From positions 1 to 52,940 of IMG/VR virus record IMGVR_UViG_3300048587_001100: 52,940 nt of DNA. One strand, 5' to 3'. The position numbers were made by a program, and so were the translations under genes. This DNA comes from a virus. Lineage: Duplodnaviria > Caudoviricetes. The notes under the pieces were generated by a model. It had not been told where the DNA came from. It saw nothing but the letters and a program-made list of their open reading frames with translations, and made no database searches. Shown here piece after piece: positions 1-9,574 of the stretch (within the stretch, counting starts at the first letter, position 1; every line of letters starts with the position of its first letter).

Positions 1-2097
1 TCAGGCCTCAGTCGTCTTTGTCTGAGGCTCATCAGGGGTAGCCAAAAGAGAACGATCGACTTGACCCATGGAATCGCTCGGAGGGGTTGCGTCGGCCAAC
101 GACCCCATGACACACCCTGCGTCACCGTTCGCAGCAGCAATCTCGGATGTGGACGCCTTAACTGATTCGAGCCCAGCAAACATCACCGGGGCCTCAATGG
201 GCCTGCTCAATACCTCCGTGACTTCGGGGTCGGGCTGTGGCTCCACGGACGAGAGCTTGCGATGCAGATTGAACGTTCGTCCATGGGCACGACGTAGGAT
301 TGTGTTGTAATCGAGGGGTGTGATCTTTATGTTTGTGCCTATTGCCGTCTCAATGGCGGTGCGTCCAACGGTGCTGCCTAATACATACACCGCGAATTCA
401 GTGTCCTTCATCACCGCGTTGCCGGCTTGAAGCTCGAGCGGATAGCGTTGCCCCTGAACAACCTCGTCATGCGTCAATTGAGAGCCCCCGCGCTTTAGCT
501 CGATTACGAGGACTTTTCTGACTCCGATGACCTCTCCATCCTCGAACTGGTCGGCAGCGTAGACGCTCACTGAGCGATCAGGCAGGACCACGAAATCAGC
601 CCTACGAACACTCAGTTCGGCATCTGTTCCACCTAAAAGTTGGCCGACCGTTGTCGCCATCTGCCTGTTTGAGGTGAACTCGACGGAATCATACTCCGGG
701 CCGAAGATCCATAGTCCCCGCCCAAACAGCGGTTGAAGTTGGTGAAGCTCGTCCGTCTTCCTGTCGTTTACGAGTTCCTGGAGCTCAGCAATCAGATCAA
801 GGCGTCGTTTCAGTTCGGAAAGGACCACCTCCGCAGCGGAGGCAGTCCATTGTTCCATGATCTGGTTCCATGTATCGAGGTCTTCGGGTGACGCGGCGGC
901 GAGCTTGTGCAGGAGGTCGTAGCCGGTCCGAGCCTTCTCCATTTTCGTGAAGACGTCGACGGTCTTTGTCAACTCAGCATCAGTGAGTAGCGGGCAACTG
1001 CGCTGCACTTGGTCGACAAAATCACCGATGGCCCGTTGAGAAATGCGCGGGAGTTCCTCTAGGGCCTGCCGCTGCTGACTGAGGGCCTCAATCTTCCTCT
1101 CGCGTCTGGAGTCTGCGAGAATGCCATCGAGTTCCCTCGTTACGTGGTCGTGGACTGCATGTTGAACGGCTATGCTTCTGTGGCTCTCGTAGAAGCCCGT
1201 CCAATCGGGTTTCACATCTAGCTTTAGAACATCGGCCTCGACGATGAAACTGTATCGTTTTGCGGCTTGGGTGCGGCCATCGAGGATGGCACCGCGCTCG
1301 CTAAATCCTTCCCACGATGGCTGACCGACCATCTTTTTATTCACCCACCAAGTGACGCCACGCAACTTGATCGTCCGATCTTGGGATGGCGCATCAATGC
1401 GGTGGACGACAATGTTGCCAATATCCGGTACCGTCACCGCCTTCGAAGTTGCATAATGCAAGCCGATGAGTTGCAGCGGTTTCTTGTTGAAGGTCACTGA
1501 GAACGATGGGTCAACAATGAACTTTGAGCCTATCGCATCCACCAACGTCTCCTCTGCAAGGAGGTGACGTCGAACGGATCCAAAGACTCTGGTGCCGTGC
1601 CCGGGCTTGGCACTAGATTCGATCTGGGTAAAACGGAACGGAGCGTGGTGGTCACTGGTCAGATCAACGCGGGCAGTTATGCTCTTGCCCTCGCGCCACG
1701 TTTCTACATGGTACACGCTGTCGAAGCAGAAGGCAGAATGTCGACCCTTACCACTTTGGCCGAAGGCGGTGCGGGTTCCTTTGGCCCGATTGCCTTTCGG
1801 GATTTCGACCCGCGATCCTTGTTCGGCCAGCCGATTGTAAGAGAGGGTCCGCCAACGGCGTGCGAATTGATCTGGTGTCATGCCTTCGCCGTTGTCGCGG
1901 ACCTCGAAAGCTCCTCCATGTTCGGCTGGCCATTGAACGTGGACATCGGTGGCACCCGCGTCATAAGCATTGGCGACGAGCTCTACAATAGCGATTTTGG
2001 GATCACTGATCAGTTGGCCAGCGTGATCGGCCATGAAGTGCTGGCCGAACGCGAACGAGTCGTCTGAAAACAATCCCGTTTTCTGCTTCTCCGTCAC
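1..2097 (-). CDS. GHKL (HSP90/MORC-like) ATPase fused to a C-terminal PD-(D/E)XK nuclease-like domain; candidate defence protein
   Basis: GHKL motifs ELVANAYDA (N box), DNGEGM (G1), FGQSGKG (G2), HGT (G3). C-terminal RADFVV...VLVIELKRGG...QRY fits a restriction-endonuclease-like D...ExK. Visibly more AT-rich than the phage genes. Confidence 0.75.
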   Translation of the reverse strand: MTEKQKTGLFSDDSFAFGQHFMADHAGQLISDPKIAIVELVANAYDAGATDVHVQWPAEHGGAFEVRDNGEGMTPDQFARRWRTLSYNRLAEQGSRVEIPKGNRAKGTRTAFGQSGKGRHSAFCFDSVYHVETWREGKSITARVDLTSDHHAPFRFTQIESSAKPGHGTRVFGSVRRHLLAEETLVDAIGSKFIVDPSFSVTFNKKPLQLIGLHYATSKAVTVPDIGNIVVHRIDAPSQDRTIKLRGVTWWVNKKMVGQPSWEGFSERGAILDGRTQAAKRYSFIVEADVLKLDVKPDWTGFYESHRSIAVQHAVHDHVTRELDGILADSRRERKIEALSQQRQALEELPRISQRAIGDFVDQVQRSCPLLTDAELTKTVDVFTKMEKARTGYDLLHKLAAASPEDLDTWNQIMEQWTASAAEVVLSELKRRLDLIAELQELVNDRKTDELHQLQPLFGRGLWIFGPEYDSVEFTSNRQMATTVGQLLGGTDAELSVRRADFVVLPDRSVSVYAADQFEDGEVIGVRKVLVIELKRGGSQLTHDEVVQGQRYPLELQAGNAVMKDTEFAVYVLGSTVGRTAIETAIGTNIKITPLDYNTILRRAHGRTFNLHRKLSSVEPQPDPEVTEVLSRPIEAPVMFAGLESVKASTSEIAAANGDAGCVMGSLADATPPSDSMGQVDRSLLATPDEPQTKTTEA

Positions 2098-2203
2098 TGG
2101 CTGGTTCCCCCGACAATTGCATGAGATACGACCGAGGTTCAGCTAGTTTATCGTGTCAGCAGTAAGGAGCCAACTCTACCGGGGCGGTGGGTAACAGCTA
2201 CCT

Positions 2204-2665
2204 CTAGAGCGACCACGGCATCTGCGGCAGCGCCGTGCCAGGGTGCAGAACGGCGAACGCAAAACCACCATGGTGATTATCCCGGTGGTCGTGGACTCTG
2301 ATGCCCAAGTCATCATCCCCGCCCGCAGGCGACATGAACACATAGGCGGGCTCACCATCGGCACCACGGCCCATCAGGAACAGCCGGACGATGGTGCCCG
2401 GTCGAATGCCCACCCGCCCATTGGCTTCGTAGGCGTTGCCACCACGGGCCCTGTAGTCGGGCACGAACTCGCCCTTGCCGTCGGGATCGACGCGAATCCA
2501 ACTGTAAACGTGCCCGTTCAAGTCCATCCCCGTCAGCTTTGCCCACAGGGAGGGCTCCACCTGCTCAGCCCGTCGGCGCGGCGCGGTCAGGTCGTGCGAC
2601 AATGACTCGGTGACCCGCACTGAGCGGCGGATGCGTTCGACGGCGGCGGTGGTGAAGGTGGGCAT
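2204..2665 (-). CDS. Phage protein, last gene of the tail operon (possible tail tip component)
   Basis: 153 aa ORF 6 bp after the preceding tail gene; function inferred from position only. Confidence 0.6.
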   Translation of the reverse strand: MPTFTTAAVERIRRSVRVTESLSHDLTAPRRRAEQVEPSLWAKLTGMDLNGHVYSWIRVDPDGKGEFVPDYRARGGNAYEANGRVGIRPGTIVRLFLMGRGADGEPAYVFMSPAGGDDDLGIRVHDHRDNHHGGFAFAVLHPGTALPQMPWSL

Positions 2666-2671
2666 GGTCGA

Positions 2672-3613
2672 TCACTCCAGGGCCAGCGGCGTCCAGTCCA
2701 CCAGCGGATCAATCTGGAACTGCAGGATGGCCGGCGGCTCATGGGCCTGTTCCTTGGCGTGCCCCTCCCCATCGAGCGGGTACGGATGGATGGGCAGGGT
2801 GCCGTCGGGCAGGACGATTTTGCGCTGCGCAAAAGTGCCAGGGGTGGTCGAGTTCTCTACCAGTTCATGCCGGCCCCGGTCCTCCAGCGACAGCTTCCAG
2901 CCCCGGATGTTCTTCTGGAGTTCATACGTCACACGCCAATAGCTGACGGTCACCACGCTGCCGGCTTCGGTGGTGTAGGTGGCTTCATGTGGGCCATCGG
3001 CGGTGATGTTCCCCATCCTGAGCGTACCGGGCACGTAGGTGATCCCTCGGATGGTCACGGGGGCGGCGCTGACGGTGCCCTTGTACGCCTCGGCCCCCAG
3101 GTCGTTGTAGTCGGTCTCGTTGCGGGTGATGGTAAGCGTGCCCAGTACCCGCTCACGCTGGGGCTGCTCGTCAAACAGTTCATCGGCGCTGTTGACGATG
3201 GGCTTGCCCTGCCACTCGCCCTGCGCCTCCTCATCCCAATCACCCGGCTGGGGTGAGGTGTCGAAGAACACGGGCTCCGTCACGGCGCTGCCGCCGTAGC
3301 TGTACGTAGGCGGGGCTTCCAGTGGGTTGGTGCCGCTGGCTTGGGTGGAGGTGCCGCCGCTGCTTTCGCTGTACTCGACGGTGACCAGGTAAGTGGTCAG
3401 GTCGTCCTGGTGGCTGGCCGCCTGGATGCTCTTGACCTTCATCGCCGACGCACCGGGGAAGCTGTCGCCGTAGCTGGGCAGGCCCGGTGCCAGGCGGGCG
3501 GTCTCGCTGTTGTCGCCGGCCTGGACCTCCACCACATAGACGCGGGTGGCGGTGAGCTTGCCGTCGGAGATGCCCGACTCCTGACTCTTGATGTTGACCG
3601 ACTGAACTGCCAT
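2672..3613 (-). CDS. Putative distal tail/hub protein
   Basis: 313 aa, T/S/G-rich, coupled (TGATG) to the tape measure gene. Confidence 0.6.
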   Translation of the reverse strand: MAVQSVNIKSQESGISDGKLTATRVYVVEVQAGDNSETARLAPGLPSYGDSFPGASAMKVKSIQAASHQDDLTTYLVTVEYSESSGGTSTQASGTNPLEAPPTYSYGGSAVTEPVFFDTSPQPGDWDEEAQGEWQGKPIVNSADELFDEQPQRERVLGTLTITRNETDYNDLGAEAYKGTVSAAPVTIRGITYVPGTLRMGNITADGPHEATYTTEAGSVVTVSYWRVTYELQKNIRGWKLSLEDRGRHELVENSTTPGTFAQRKIVLPDGTLPIHPYPLDGEGHAKEQAHEPPAILQFQIDPLVDWTPLALE

Positions 3614-5388
3614 CAGATATCCACCTCCTCAGCCGCCGACGAGGCCGGGGCCTGGATCTTCCGTTCGATGACCTCCAGGGACTTGGCCATCCGCTCCTGG
3701 GTCTGCAGTTGCTTCCTGGGCGTGTCGTCCTTCCTGGGCTGGATGCCCCGTGTGGACGCGAAGGCGATCCGCTGGGCCTCGGCGCTGCCGGCGGTGATGA
3801 GCGAGGGCGCGTCGGCCTTGCCGGACTTTTCCAGTTCCTCACGTGCCTGCCGCACCGCCCGGCCGTAGGTGTCCCAGTCAAGCACACCCTCGTTGAGCAT
3901 CTCACCCAACCGCTCGATGGTGGTGTTGTACTTCTCCAGCGGAGTCCTGGTGCTGTCGAAGATGGACTTGGCCTCCGACTGCATGGCCTTCAGGGCCTCC
4001 TGCCGCTGCTGCAGTTGCTCGAGCTGGTCCAGCATGGCGTGGGCGTCGGCAAGCTGCTCAGGTGAGGCCCCCAGCGCCCGCAGGTCGATGAGCATCTTCT
4101 GTCCCTCGCCCATGCCGAAGGTGTCCACCTGCCGCCGCAGGTCGGTGAGGATGTCGCCGATCTTCTTGTGTGCCTCCTCGGCGGCCTTGAGCTTTTGCTC
4201 CCAGTCTTCGGTGGCGGCGGCCACGCCCTGGGTCTTGCTGACGCTGTCGGCTACGGCCTGGGCGGCGTCATGGGCGCCGGCCCGGATGTCGGCGAAGGTC
4301 TTGGCGATGGCGGCGGAGTTGGCACCACTGTTGAACCGGTCCCATGAGGCCTGGGCCTTGCCGGCGGATTCATCGATCGACCGCAGCAGTTCATCGCTCA
4401 TCATGCTGAACGTGTCGGTCCACTCGACGTGAACACCTGGCAGCAGGTTGAGCAGCTTGACCAGGCCCGTGCCGGCCATGTCGATGCTCTTCACCACGCC
4501 CCACACGGCGGCGGTGGCTCCGGACTGGAGCATGTAGAAGCCCGCCCGCAGCAACTCCAGCCAGTCGGCGGCGCTGCCGATCGCCCTGAGCACCCACTCG
4601 AACGCCCCGATGATGCGCGTGCCCACGCCTTCACCGCTGGTGGCCAGTTCCATGAACCTGGTCGATGCCGTGGTGATCCACGGCGCAAGCTGCACCGCGA
4701 TGGTGTTGGCCGCGCCCTGGAACACGGCCTTGGCGCGGCTCATGGCGTCGTTGGCTGCTTCGATCTTGGCGGCGTCCACCCGGCTGATCGACAGGCCCAG
4801 CTTGTCGGCTTCCTCACCTGCGGCGATCAGGCCGACCTTGCCCTGTGAGAGCACGTTGACCATCGCCACGCCTTCTTTTCCGAAGAGTTGGTAGGCCAGG
4901 CGGGCCCGGTCGGTGGCGCTGGGCACCTTGGTGATGGCGTCGGCGATGTCACGGAAGGCTGCATCGGGCGTGGACGACGCTAGGGCTGCGGCATCAAGGC
5001 CAAGCTCGGCAATGGCACCCCGAGCCGATCCGGTGCCCTGTGCGGCGTCGGCGAGGTTGAGGACCATCTTCTGGAGGCTCTTGTCGAATTGTTCGTTCCC
5101 CACGCCGGCCAAGTCGGCGGCGTAGCGCAGGCGGGCCAGGTTGTCGGTGGTGAGGCCCAGCTTGTCGGCCGTCTTGGCCAGGGCGTCGATGGTGCTGTAA
5201 GAGGATTGCACCAGCAGCGCCATGCCGCCCCCGGTCGCGGCGGCGGCGATGGCGGCGCTTAGCCCCACGACCTTGCTCTGAGCGCTCGACACGAACTCCC
5301 CCGTGGCCTTGCGGGCGCGGGCCAGGGCGGCCACATAGGTGGCGGTGTTCAGGGTGAGCTTCGAACTAATTGCCGCGATGGTCGCCAT
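3613..5388 (-). CDS. Tail tape measure protein
   Basis: 591 aa, Ala-rich helical; MATIAAISSKLTLNT start; follows the chaperone pair; C-terminal TRTPLEKYN...DWDTYGRA. Confidence 0.85.
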   Translation of the reverse strand: MATIAAISSKLTLNTATYVAALARARKATGEFVSSAQSKVVGLSAAIAAAATGGGMALLVQSSYSTIDALAKTADKLGLTTDNLARLRYAADLAGVGNEQFDKSLQKMVLNLADAAQGTGSARGAIAELGLDAAALASSTPDAAFRDIADAITKVPSATDRARLAYQLFGKEGVAMVNVLSQGKVGLIAAGEEADKLGLSISRVDAAKIEAANDAMSRAKAVFQGAANTIAVQLAPWITTASTRFMELATSGEGVGTRIIGAFEWVLRAIGSAADWLELLRAGFYMLQSGATAAVWGVVKSIDMAGTGLVKLLNLLPGVHVEWTDTFSMMSDELLRSIDESAGKAQASWDRFNSGANSAAIAKTFADIRAGAHDAAQAVADSVSKTQGVAAATEDWEQKLKAAEEAHKKIGDILTDLRRQVDTFGMGEGQKMLIDLRALGASPEQLADAHAMLDQLEQLQQRQEALKAMQSEAKSIFDSTRTPLEKYNTTIERLGEMLNEGVLDWDTYGRAVRQAREELEKSGKADAPSLITAGSAEAQRIAFASTRGIQPRKDDTPRKQLQTQERMAKSLEVIERKIQAPASSAAEEVDI

Positions 5389-5727
5389 CTATCTGCCTCG
5401 TCGTTGTGCGCCCATGCCTTGGGCATACGCCTGGAACTTCGCCCGCGTTTCTTCTGCCGACAGCCTGCGTGACCCGCCGAACCGGGGGATGAAGTCCGCC
5501 GGCCTGGCCCCACCCTTCGACCCCAGGGCGCTGTTCGCCACCACGGTGCAGGCGATCCCGTGGCGAATGTCGGCCCGGTCCTCGCCGAAGGGCTCGACGT
5601 TGGCGTACGCGATCCACTCCGACAGCTCGCGCGAGTCGATCGACTCCAGCATCTGCCGGACGGTCATGCCGAGGGCGAGGGCGAGTCGGAAGTAGAAGCG
5701 CCGCTCTGGGCGGCTCCTGAGTTTCCC
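5389..5727 (-). CDS. Tail assembly chaperone, gpT-like segment expressed by -1 frameshift
   Basis: Frame GKLRSRPERRFYFRLALALGMTVRQML...ELSEWIAY...EPFGEDRAD begins at the slippery site; lambda G/GT arrangement. Confidence 0.8.
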   Translation of the reverse strand, partial: GKLRSRPERRFYFRLALALGMTVRQMLESIDSRELSEWIAYANVEPFGEDRADIRHGIACTVVANSALGSKGGARPADFIPRFGGSRRLSAEETRAKFQAYAQGMGAQRRGR

Positions 5728-6053
5728 TCGAGTTCCTTGACATCCCTGGTACCGATGCCGTTCAACCGGGTGCCGACTTCCCACACGCGATCCAGGTCGG
5801 CGGCTGACAGGTTCCCCAGTGTGGCCGCGTCGGCGTCGGTGAACAGCCGCTTGCCCTGTTCGTCACACAAGACGCGGGCGGCGAAGGAACCCCGCACGTT
5901 GAGCCTGCCGGTCTTGCGGGTATCAAGCTGGGCTTGCTCCCAGCTATCACGCTCAGTGCCGCTCATGGTTCGAACGAACACGGTGCCGCCGAAGGCCTGC
6001 ACCGGCTCGACCGGCAGGCGGGTCTGTTTCAGGATGTCGTCACGGGTCAGCAT
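5664..6053 (-). CDS. Tail assembly chaperone (gpG-like)
   Basis: MLTRDDIL...GGTVFVRTMSGTERDSWE...CDEQGKRLFTD; lies between tail tube and tape measure. Confidence 0.85.
   Translation of the reverse strand: MLTRDDILKQTRLPVEPVQAFGGTVFVRTMSGTERDSWEQAQLDTRKTGRLNVRGSFAARVLCDEQGKRLFTDADAATLGNLSAADLDRVWEVGTRLNGIGTRDVKELEGNSGAAQSGASTSDSPSPSA
5721..5727 (-). other. Programmed -1 ribosomal frameshift heptamer G GGA AAC
   Basis: X XXY YYZ in the frame of the chaperone (E-G-N); the -1 frame reads G-K-L and stays open to 5389. Confidence 0.8.
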
Positions 6054-6081
6054 GTCATCACCTCCTCATCATTCAGACGGA

Positions 6082-6507
6082 TCAGGTGCCCACCCCCTCG
6101 CCGGCGGCGAAGGTGGGCACGCCTGAGAGCTTGACGGTCAACTCGACCGTCGTCAGGCCCTCGCGCTCCACCGGGGTGCCGATGGTCTTGACGTAGCCTT
6201 TGCTGGTGAAGCTGCTGCCATCCAGGAACTCGACCTTCCAGTCTTCCACCGTCCGGGCGGCACGAAGCCCGTACAGAGCGCCGACGATGGCCGGGTCAAA
6301 GTGCATCGTGACGGACATTTCGCCAGGCTCCAGCCAGCCGGGCTTGTAGGTTTTGGCCCGGCCGGGGCTGCCCATGTGCGAAGTCTCCACGTCGTCCATG
6401 TCGCCGTCGGGTGGCTCCACTTCGAGCACGCCCACCAGTTCGTCTTCTCCGTGGTAGACCCTGACGCCGTAGCCTTCCAATACGTTGACTTCAGTCTCTT
6501 CAGCCAT
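6082..6507 (-). CDS. Major tail (tube) protein, lambda-like
   Basis: VETSHMGSPG...KPGWLEPGE...TVKLSGVP; AGGAGG SD upstream of ATG 6507. Confidence 0.8.
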   Translation of the reverse strand: MAEETEVNVLEGYGVRVYHGEDELVGVLEVEPPDGDMDDVETSHMGSPGRAKTYKPGWLEPGEMSVTMHFDPAIVGALYGLRAARTVEDWKVEFLDGSSFTSKGYVKTIGTPVEREGLTTVELTVKLSGVPTFAAGEGVGT

Positions 6508-6509
6508 AC

Positions 6510-6926
6510 TCAATCCTCCTGAGTTGTTTTGGTCATGAATCGAAGATCGACAAGAACTCCATGCACATCGGGGATGGCTTCTCCCTCCCGCACGTTGTGG
6601 GGGATGGTCTGCTCATCGCCTACGACGATGAACGCGAAGCTCACCGGCCCCGCCTGGCCCCGGAAGCCGTTGATGGTCTGTCGCACAGCCTGGGCCAGGT
6701 CGCTGGCACCGCCGGGCGTGGTGGCAAGGCAGTTGATGCGGGCGATGCCGGTGGCGTAGGGGGCTGGGCCCCGCATGGTGTGGCCGTGTTCGGCGCTGAT
6801 GAGCTGCAGCACGATGGCCGGCAGCGGCGAGCCCTGCGGCAGGTGGTCATAGTGGATGCGTCCTTGGACCGTCGTGGCGATGGCGGGGGCACCGGTCAGC
6901 AGGTTGTACATCCCCTCAGTAATCAC
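6510..6926 (-). CDS. Tail terminator/completion protein (DUF3168-like)
   Basis: GRIHYDHLPQGSPLPAIV motif; position just before the tail tube. Confidence 0.75.
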   Translation of the reverse strand: MITEGMYNLLTGAPAIATTVQGRIHYDHLPQGSPLPAIVLQLISAEHGHTMRGPAPYATGIARINCLATTPGGASDLAQAVRQTINGFRGQAGPVSFAFIVVGDEQTIPHNVREGEAIPDVHGVLVDLRFMTKTTQED

Positions 6927-7372
6927 AGCCGGTCCGCCTCTCGTTTGATTTCGCTCTCCAGCTTGGCCCTGACCGCCGCCTGAGCTTGCTCGCGCGTCGA
7001 TTCACTGGCACGCTTCACGAAGGGATTGCCCGGCGTGAAGCTGCCATCCGCGTTGATGTGGCCAAGCTCGATCAGGTGCAGGTAGTTGGCGGGCCGGCGG
7101 GTCTGGCCGTTGAACTCACCCACCACATCGCGCCGGGCACCGACGATCGCGTAAGCGTTCCCCGTGTCGCCGAAGGCCTTGATCTTGCGGCCGATCGACT
7201 TGGCCAGCAGGCCCGATTCCTGCGGGGCACCCGCGCGGGTGGCCTTCACGATCGGCGCTGACCCGGCGGTGACAGCCTTGCGGCTCACGCGCTTGGCCAC
7301 ACGTTCGCCCAGCAGCTTGAGTGCTCGGCGATGGTCTCGGGCGTCGATGTCAAAGCCAGGTCGCGGCATCAT
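6923..7372 (-). CDS. HK97 gp10-family tail completion protein
   Basis: APQESGLLAKSI...YLHLIELGH...PGNPF. Confidence 0.8.
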   Translation of the reverse strand: MMPRPGFDIDARDHRRALKLLGERVAKRVSRKAVTAGSAPIVKATRAGAPQESGLLAKSIGRKIKAFGDTGNAYAIVGARRDVVGEFNGQTRRPANYLHLIELGHINADGSFTPGNPFVKRASESTREQAQAAVRAKLESEIKREADRL

Positions 7373-7704
7373 TCGTGCTCCACGCAGGTGAGTTCCAGGG
7401 CCTCACGCTGCTGGTACTTGTCGATCAGGGCGACGATGGACAGCGTGTGGACGTGGTAGCCGTCGTCGTACTCGATGCGGTCCTTGGTGGTGATGTCGGG
7501 CCTCCAACGCAGCGTGACGGTCCAGGTGGTCTTGCTGGTCGTCTGCATGCTCTCCACCGCCTCGGTGCTACTCACCATCTCCACCTTGGCCCAAGGCCTG
7601 CCCACCGTCTGCCACTGGCGCCGGTCCTGCCCGCGCTCATCCTTGGTCAGCACGAGCCGCTGGAGCCTGACACGCTGCTTGAGGCTGCCGGCGGTCAACA
7701 TCAT
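7369..7704 (-). CDS. Head closure / head-tail adaptor
   Basis: AGSLKQRVRLQR...WAKV...TLRWRPDI...LELTC. Confidence 0.85.
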   Translation of the reverse strand: MMLTAGSLKQRVRLQRLVLTKDERGQDRRQWQTVGRPWAKVEMVSSTEAVESMQTTSKTTWTVTLRWRPDITTKDRIEYDDGYHVHTLSIVALIDKYQQREALELTCVEHE

Positions 7705-7997
7705 GAAGGCTCCACGACGCGGAACTGGTCAATGATTCGCTGGACACCCATGGGCACCTCACGCAGTTGCAGCGGGCTGGTGGCTTCGCGGTTGGTGAAC
7801 CAATGCCCCACCAGCAGCAGCACCGCGGCGCGGATGAGCTTGGGCGTCGGCACGGTGTTCACCCAGTCGGTGCCTGTCTCGTTGCTCAGGTACTCGACAG
7901 CCGCCTCGATCAACTGGGTGATGAGGTGATTCTCATCGTCGTGTTCGACACGAAGATGGGATTTCAGCTCGTCAAGCGTGGCGATGACCTGCGGCAC
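7701..7997 (-). CDS. Head-tail connector (HK97 gp6-like)
   Basis: TLDELKSHLRV...AVLLLVGHWFTNREA. Confidence 0.9.
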   Translation of the reverse strand: MPQVIATLDELKSHLRVEHDDENHLITQLIEAAVEYLSNETGTDWVNTVPTPKLIRAAVLLLVGHWFTNREATSPLQLREVPMGVQRIIDQFRVVEPS

Positions 7998-8000
7998 GAT

Positions 8001-8219
8001 TCAATCTCCTGCCCTGCGCCGCCGGCGTGGCTTGGTGGTGCGCGTCTCGACGGGCACCGCCGCCGGATCGGTGGCCCGCTCCAACTCTTCATTGAGGACG
8101 GGCAAGGCGTAGCCGGCGGCGATGAGCCGGTGTGCTTCGCCGTCGGGCTTGTCGATGATGTCGCCGGGGGACAACGAGAAGCCCTTGCCCGCCATGCCGA
8201 CTTTCAACCTGATACGCAT
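8001..8219 (-). CDS. Small phage protein downstream of the capsid gene
   Basis: PGDIID...EAHRLIAAGYA with a basic tail; GAGG SD; typical post-capsid position. Confidence 0.7.
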   Translation of the reverse strand: MRIRLKVGMAGKGFSLSPGDIIDKPDGEAHRLIAAGYALPVLNEELERATDPAAVPVETRTTKPRRRRRAGD

Positions 8220-8232
8220 TGACTTACCTCAG

Positions 8233-8269
8233 AAAAAAGGCCGGGCAGGGACGGAGCCCCTGCCCGGCC
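8233..8269 (-). terminator. Rho-independent terminator after the major capsid gene
   Basis: 12-bp stem GGCCGGGCAGGG/CCCTGCCCGGCC followed by U6 on the - strand. Confidence 0.85.
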
Positions 8270-8314
8270 CGGAGAGCCGCCCCCACTAGGAGCGACTAGA
8301 GAGAAAGACCTGGA

Positions 8315-9574
8315 TCAGGTGCCGGGGGCCATCTCCAGCACGGCGACGGCCTTGGCATCGGTGAGGCGACCATCGGCACGCTGGGCGATGTAGAAGCCCA
8401 CCTGACGCCGGGTGGCGTAGGCCTCCTCCAGACGACGGACGAACGGGTTGGCCACGAAGCGGACGCGGTAGCGGCTGAAGTCGCCGAAGGCGATGGGCTT
8501 CTTGCCCGCCGCGATGTCATCCATGGCGGGGTTGACCACGTAGTCGTAGCCCAGCACCTGGTTGGGTGACCCGGCACTTCCGGGGGTGAAGATGTAGCGG
8601 TTGTCGCCGTCCTTGAGCTTGCGGATGGCGGCCAAGGTCTGATCGTTGAACTGCCAGCGGCCACCCCGGCGACGGTACGGGGCCGGCACCGAGTGCAGCA
8701 GGTCCAGCAGTTCGTCGTAGGTGATGGCGGTGGCTGATGCGGCGTCCTTGCCGACCGTGGCACCGGTCACGAAGCCCTGGGGCTGGCCGGTGCCGCTGCC
8801 CAGGGTGGTCCGCTTGTTCAGCTTCGCGCCGATACGCTCAGACGCCAGCGCCAGAATCTCAGCGGCGAGATCCACCTCGCTGTCTTGGAGCAGCTCGATC
8901 GGCACGAGCACGACACCGCTGTCGTAGGTGAATGCGCCGAGTTCCTTGTTGCCGAAGTCGGGATCGACATCATCGTCAGCTGGGGCGTTCTCGGCCTGCT
9001 CGTCGCTGCCTTCGTTCGCGGTGTCATCCACGGTCAGCATGCTCATGGGGTTGCCGGTGGCGGTGGTGATGACCCGAGCGCCCGCATCGAGCACGCCCGT
9101 GAAATCACGCAGCGACTTCACCAACTCATTGGAGAAATCGCGGGTGCCGACGACACCGATGCCGGCGGTGGTCAGGGCCCGCTGTTCATCGCCTTCGATG
9201 GGCAGGTGTCCGGTGACCAGGAGACTGCGCTGCTCGGCGTCCAGGCCGGACATGCCGCCCCGCAGGTAGGCGTCAAAGGCCTGGTTGCGGCGCTCGTTCA
9301 GGCGCTGCCGATCGGTTTGCTGTCCGCTGCGGCCGTCCACATCTTCACGGCCGGGCTGCCGCTGGCGCTGCTCGCCCTCCAGCGCCACCATCTGCTCGTA
9401 GCGATCGACCTGGGCCTTGATCGCCTCGGCGCGGGTGTTCAGGTCGTCGAACTTGGCGGACTCTTCGGCGGTGAGGTCGCGCTTGTCGGTCTCCGCCGCC
9501 ACCAGGATGCCCCGCATCTCACGCAGCACGTCGCCGCGTTGCTCGTTCAGTCGCTTGATCTGTTGCCAACTCAT
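8315..9574 (-). CDS. Major capsid protein, HK97 family
   Basis: N-terminal coiled-coil delta domain; GSGTGQPQG, IRKLKDGDNRYIF, IAFGDFS, RADG. Confidence 0.92.
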   Translation of the reverse strand: MSWQQIKRLNEQRGDVLREMRGILVAAETDKRDLTAEESAKFDDLNTRAEAIKAQVDRYEQMVALEGEQRQRQPGREDVDGRSGQQTDRQRLNERRNQAFDAYLRGGMSGLDAEQRSLLVTGHLPIEGDEQRALTTAGIGVVGTRDFSNELVKSLRDFTGVLDAGARVITTATGNPMSMLTVDDTANEGSDEQAENAPADDDVDPDFGNKELGAFTYDSGVVLVPIELLQDSEVDLAAEILALASERIGAKLNKRTTLGSGTGQPQGFVTGATVGKDAASATAITYDELLDLLHSVPAPYRRRGGRWQFNDQTLAAIRKLKDGDNRYIFTPGSAGSPNQVLGYDYVVNPAMDDIAAGKKPIAFGDFSRYRVRFVANPFVRRLEEAYATRRQVGFYIAQRADGRLTDAKAVAVLEMAPGT

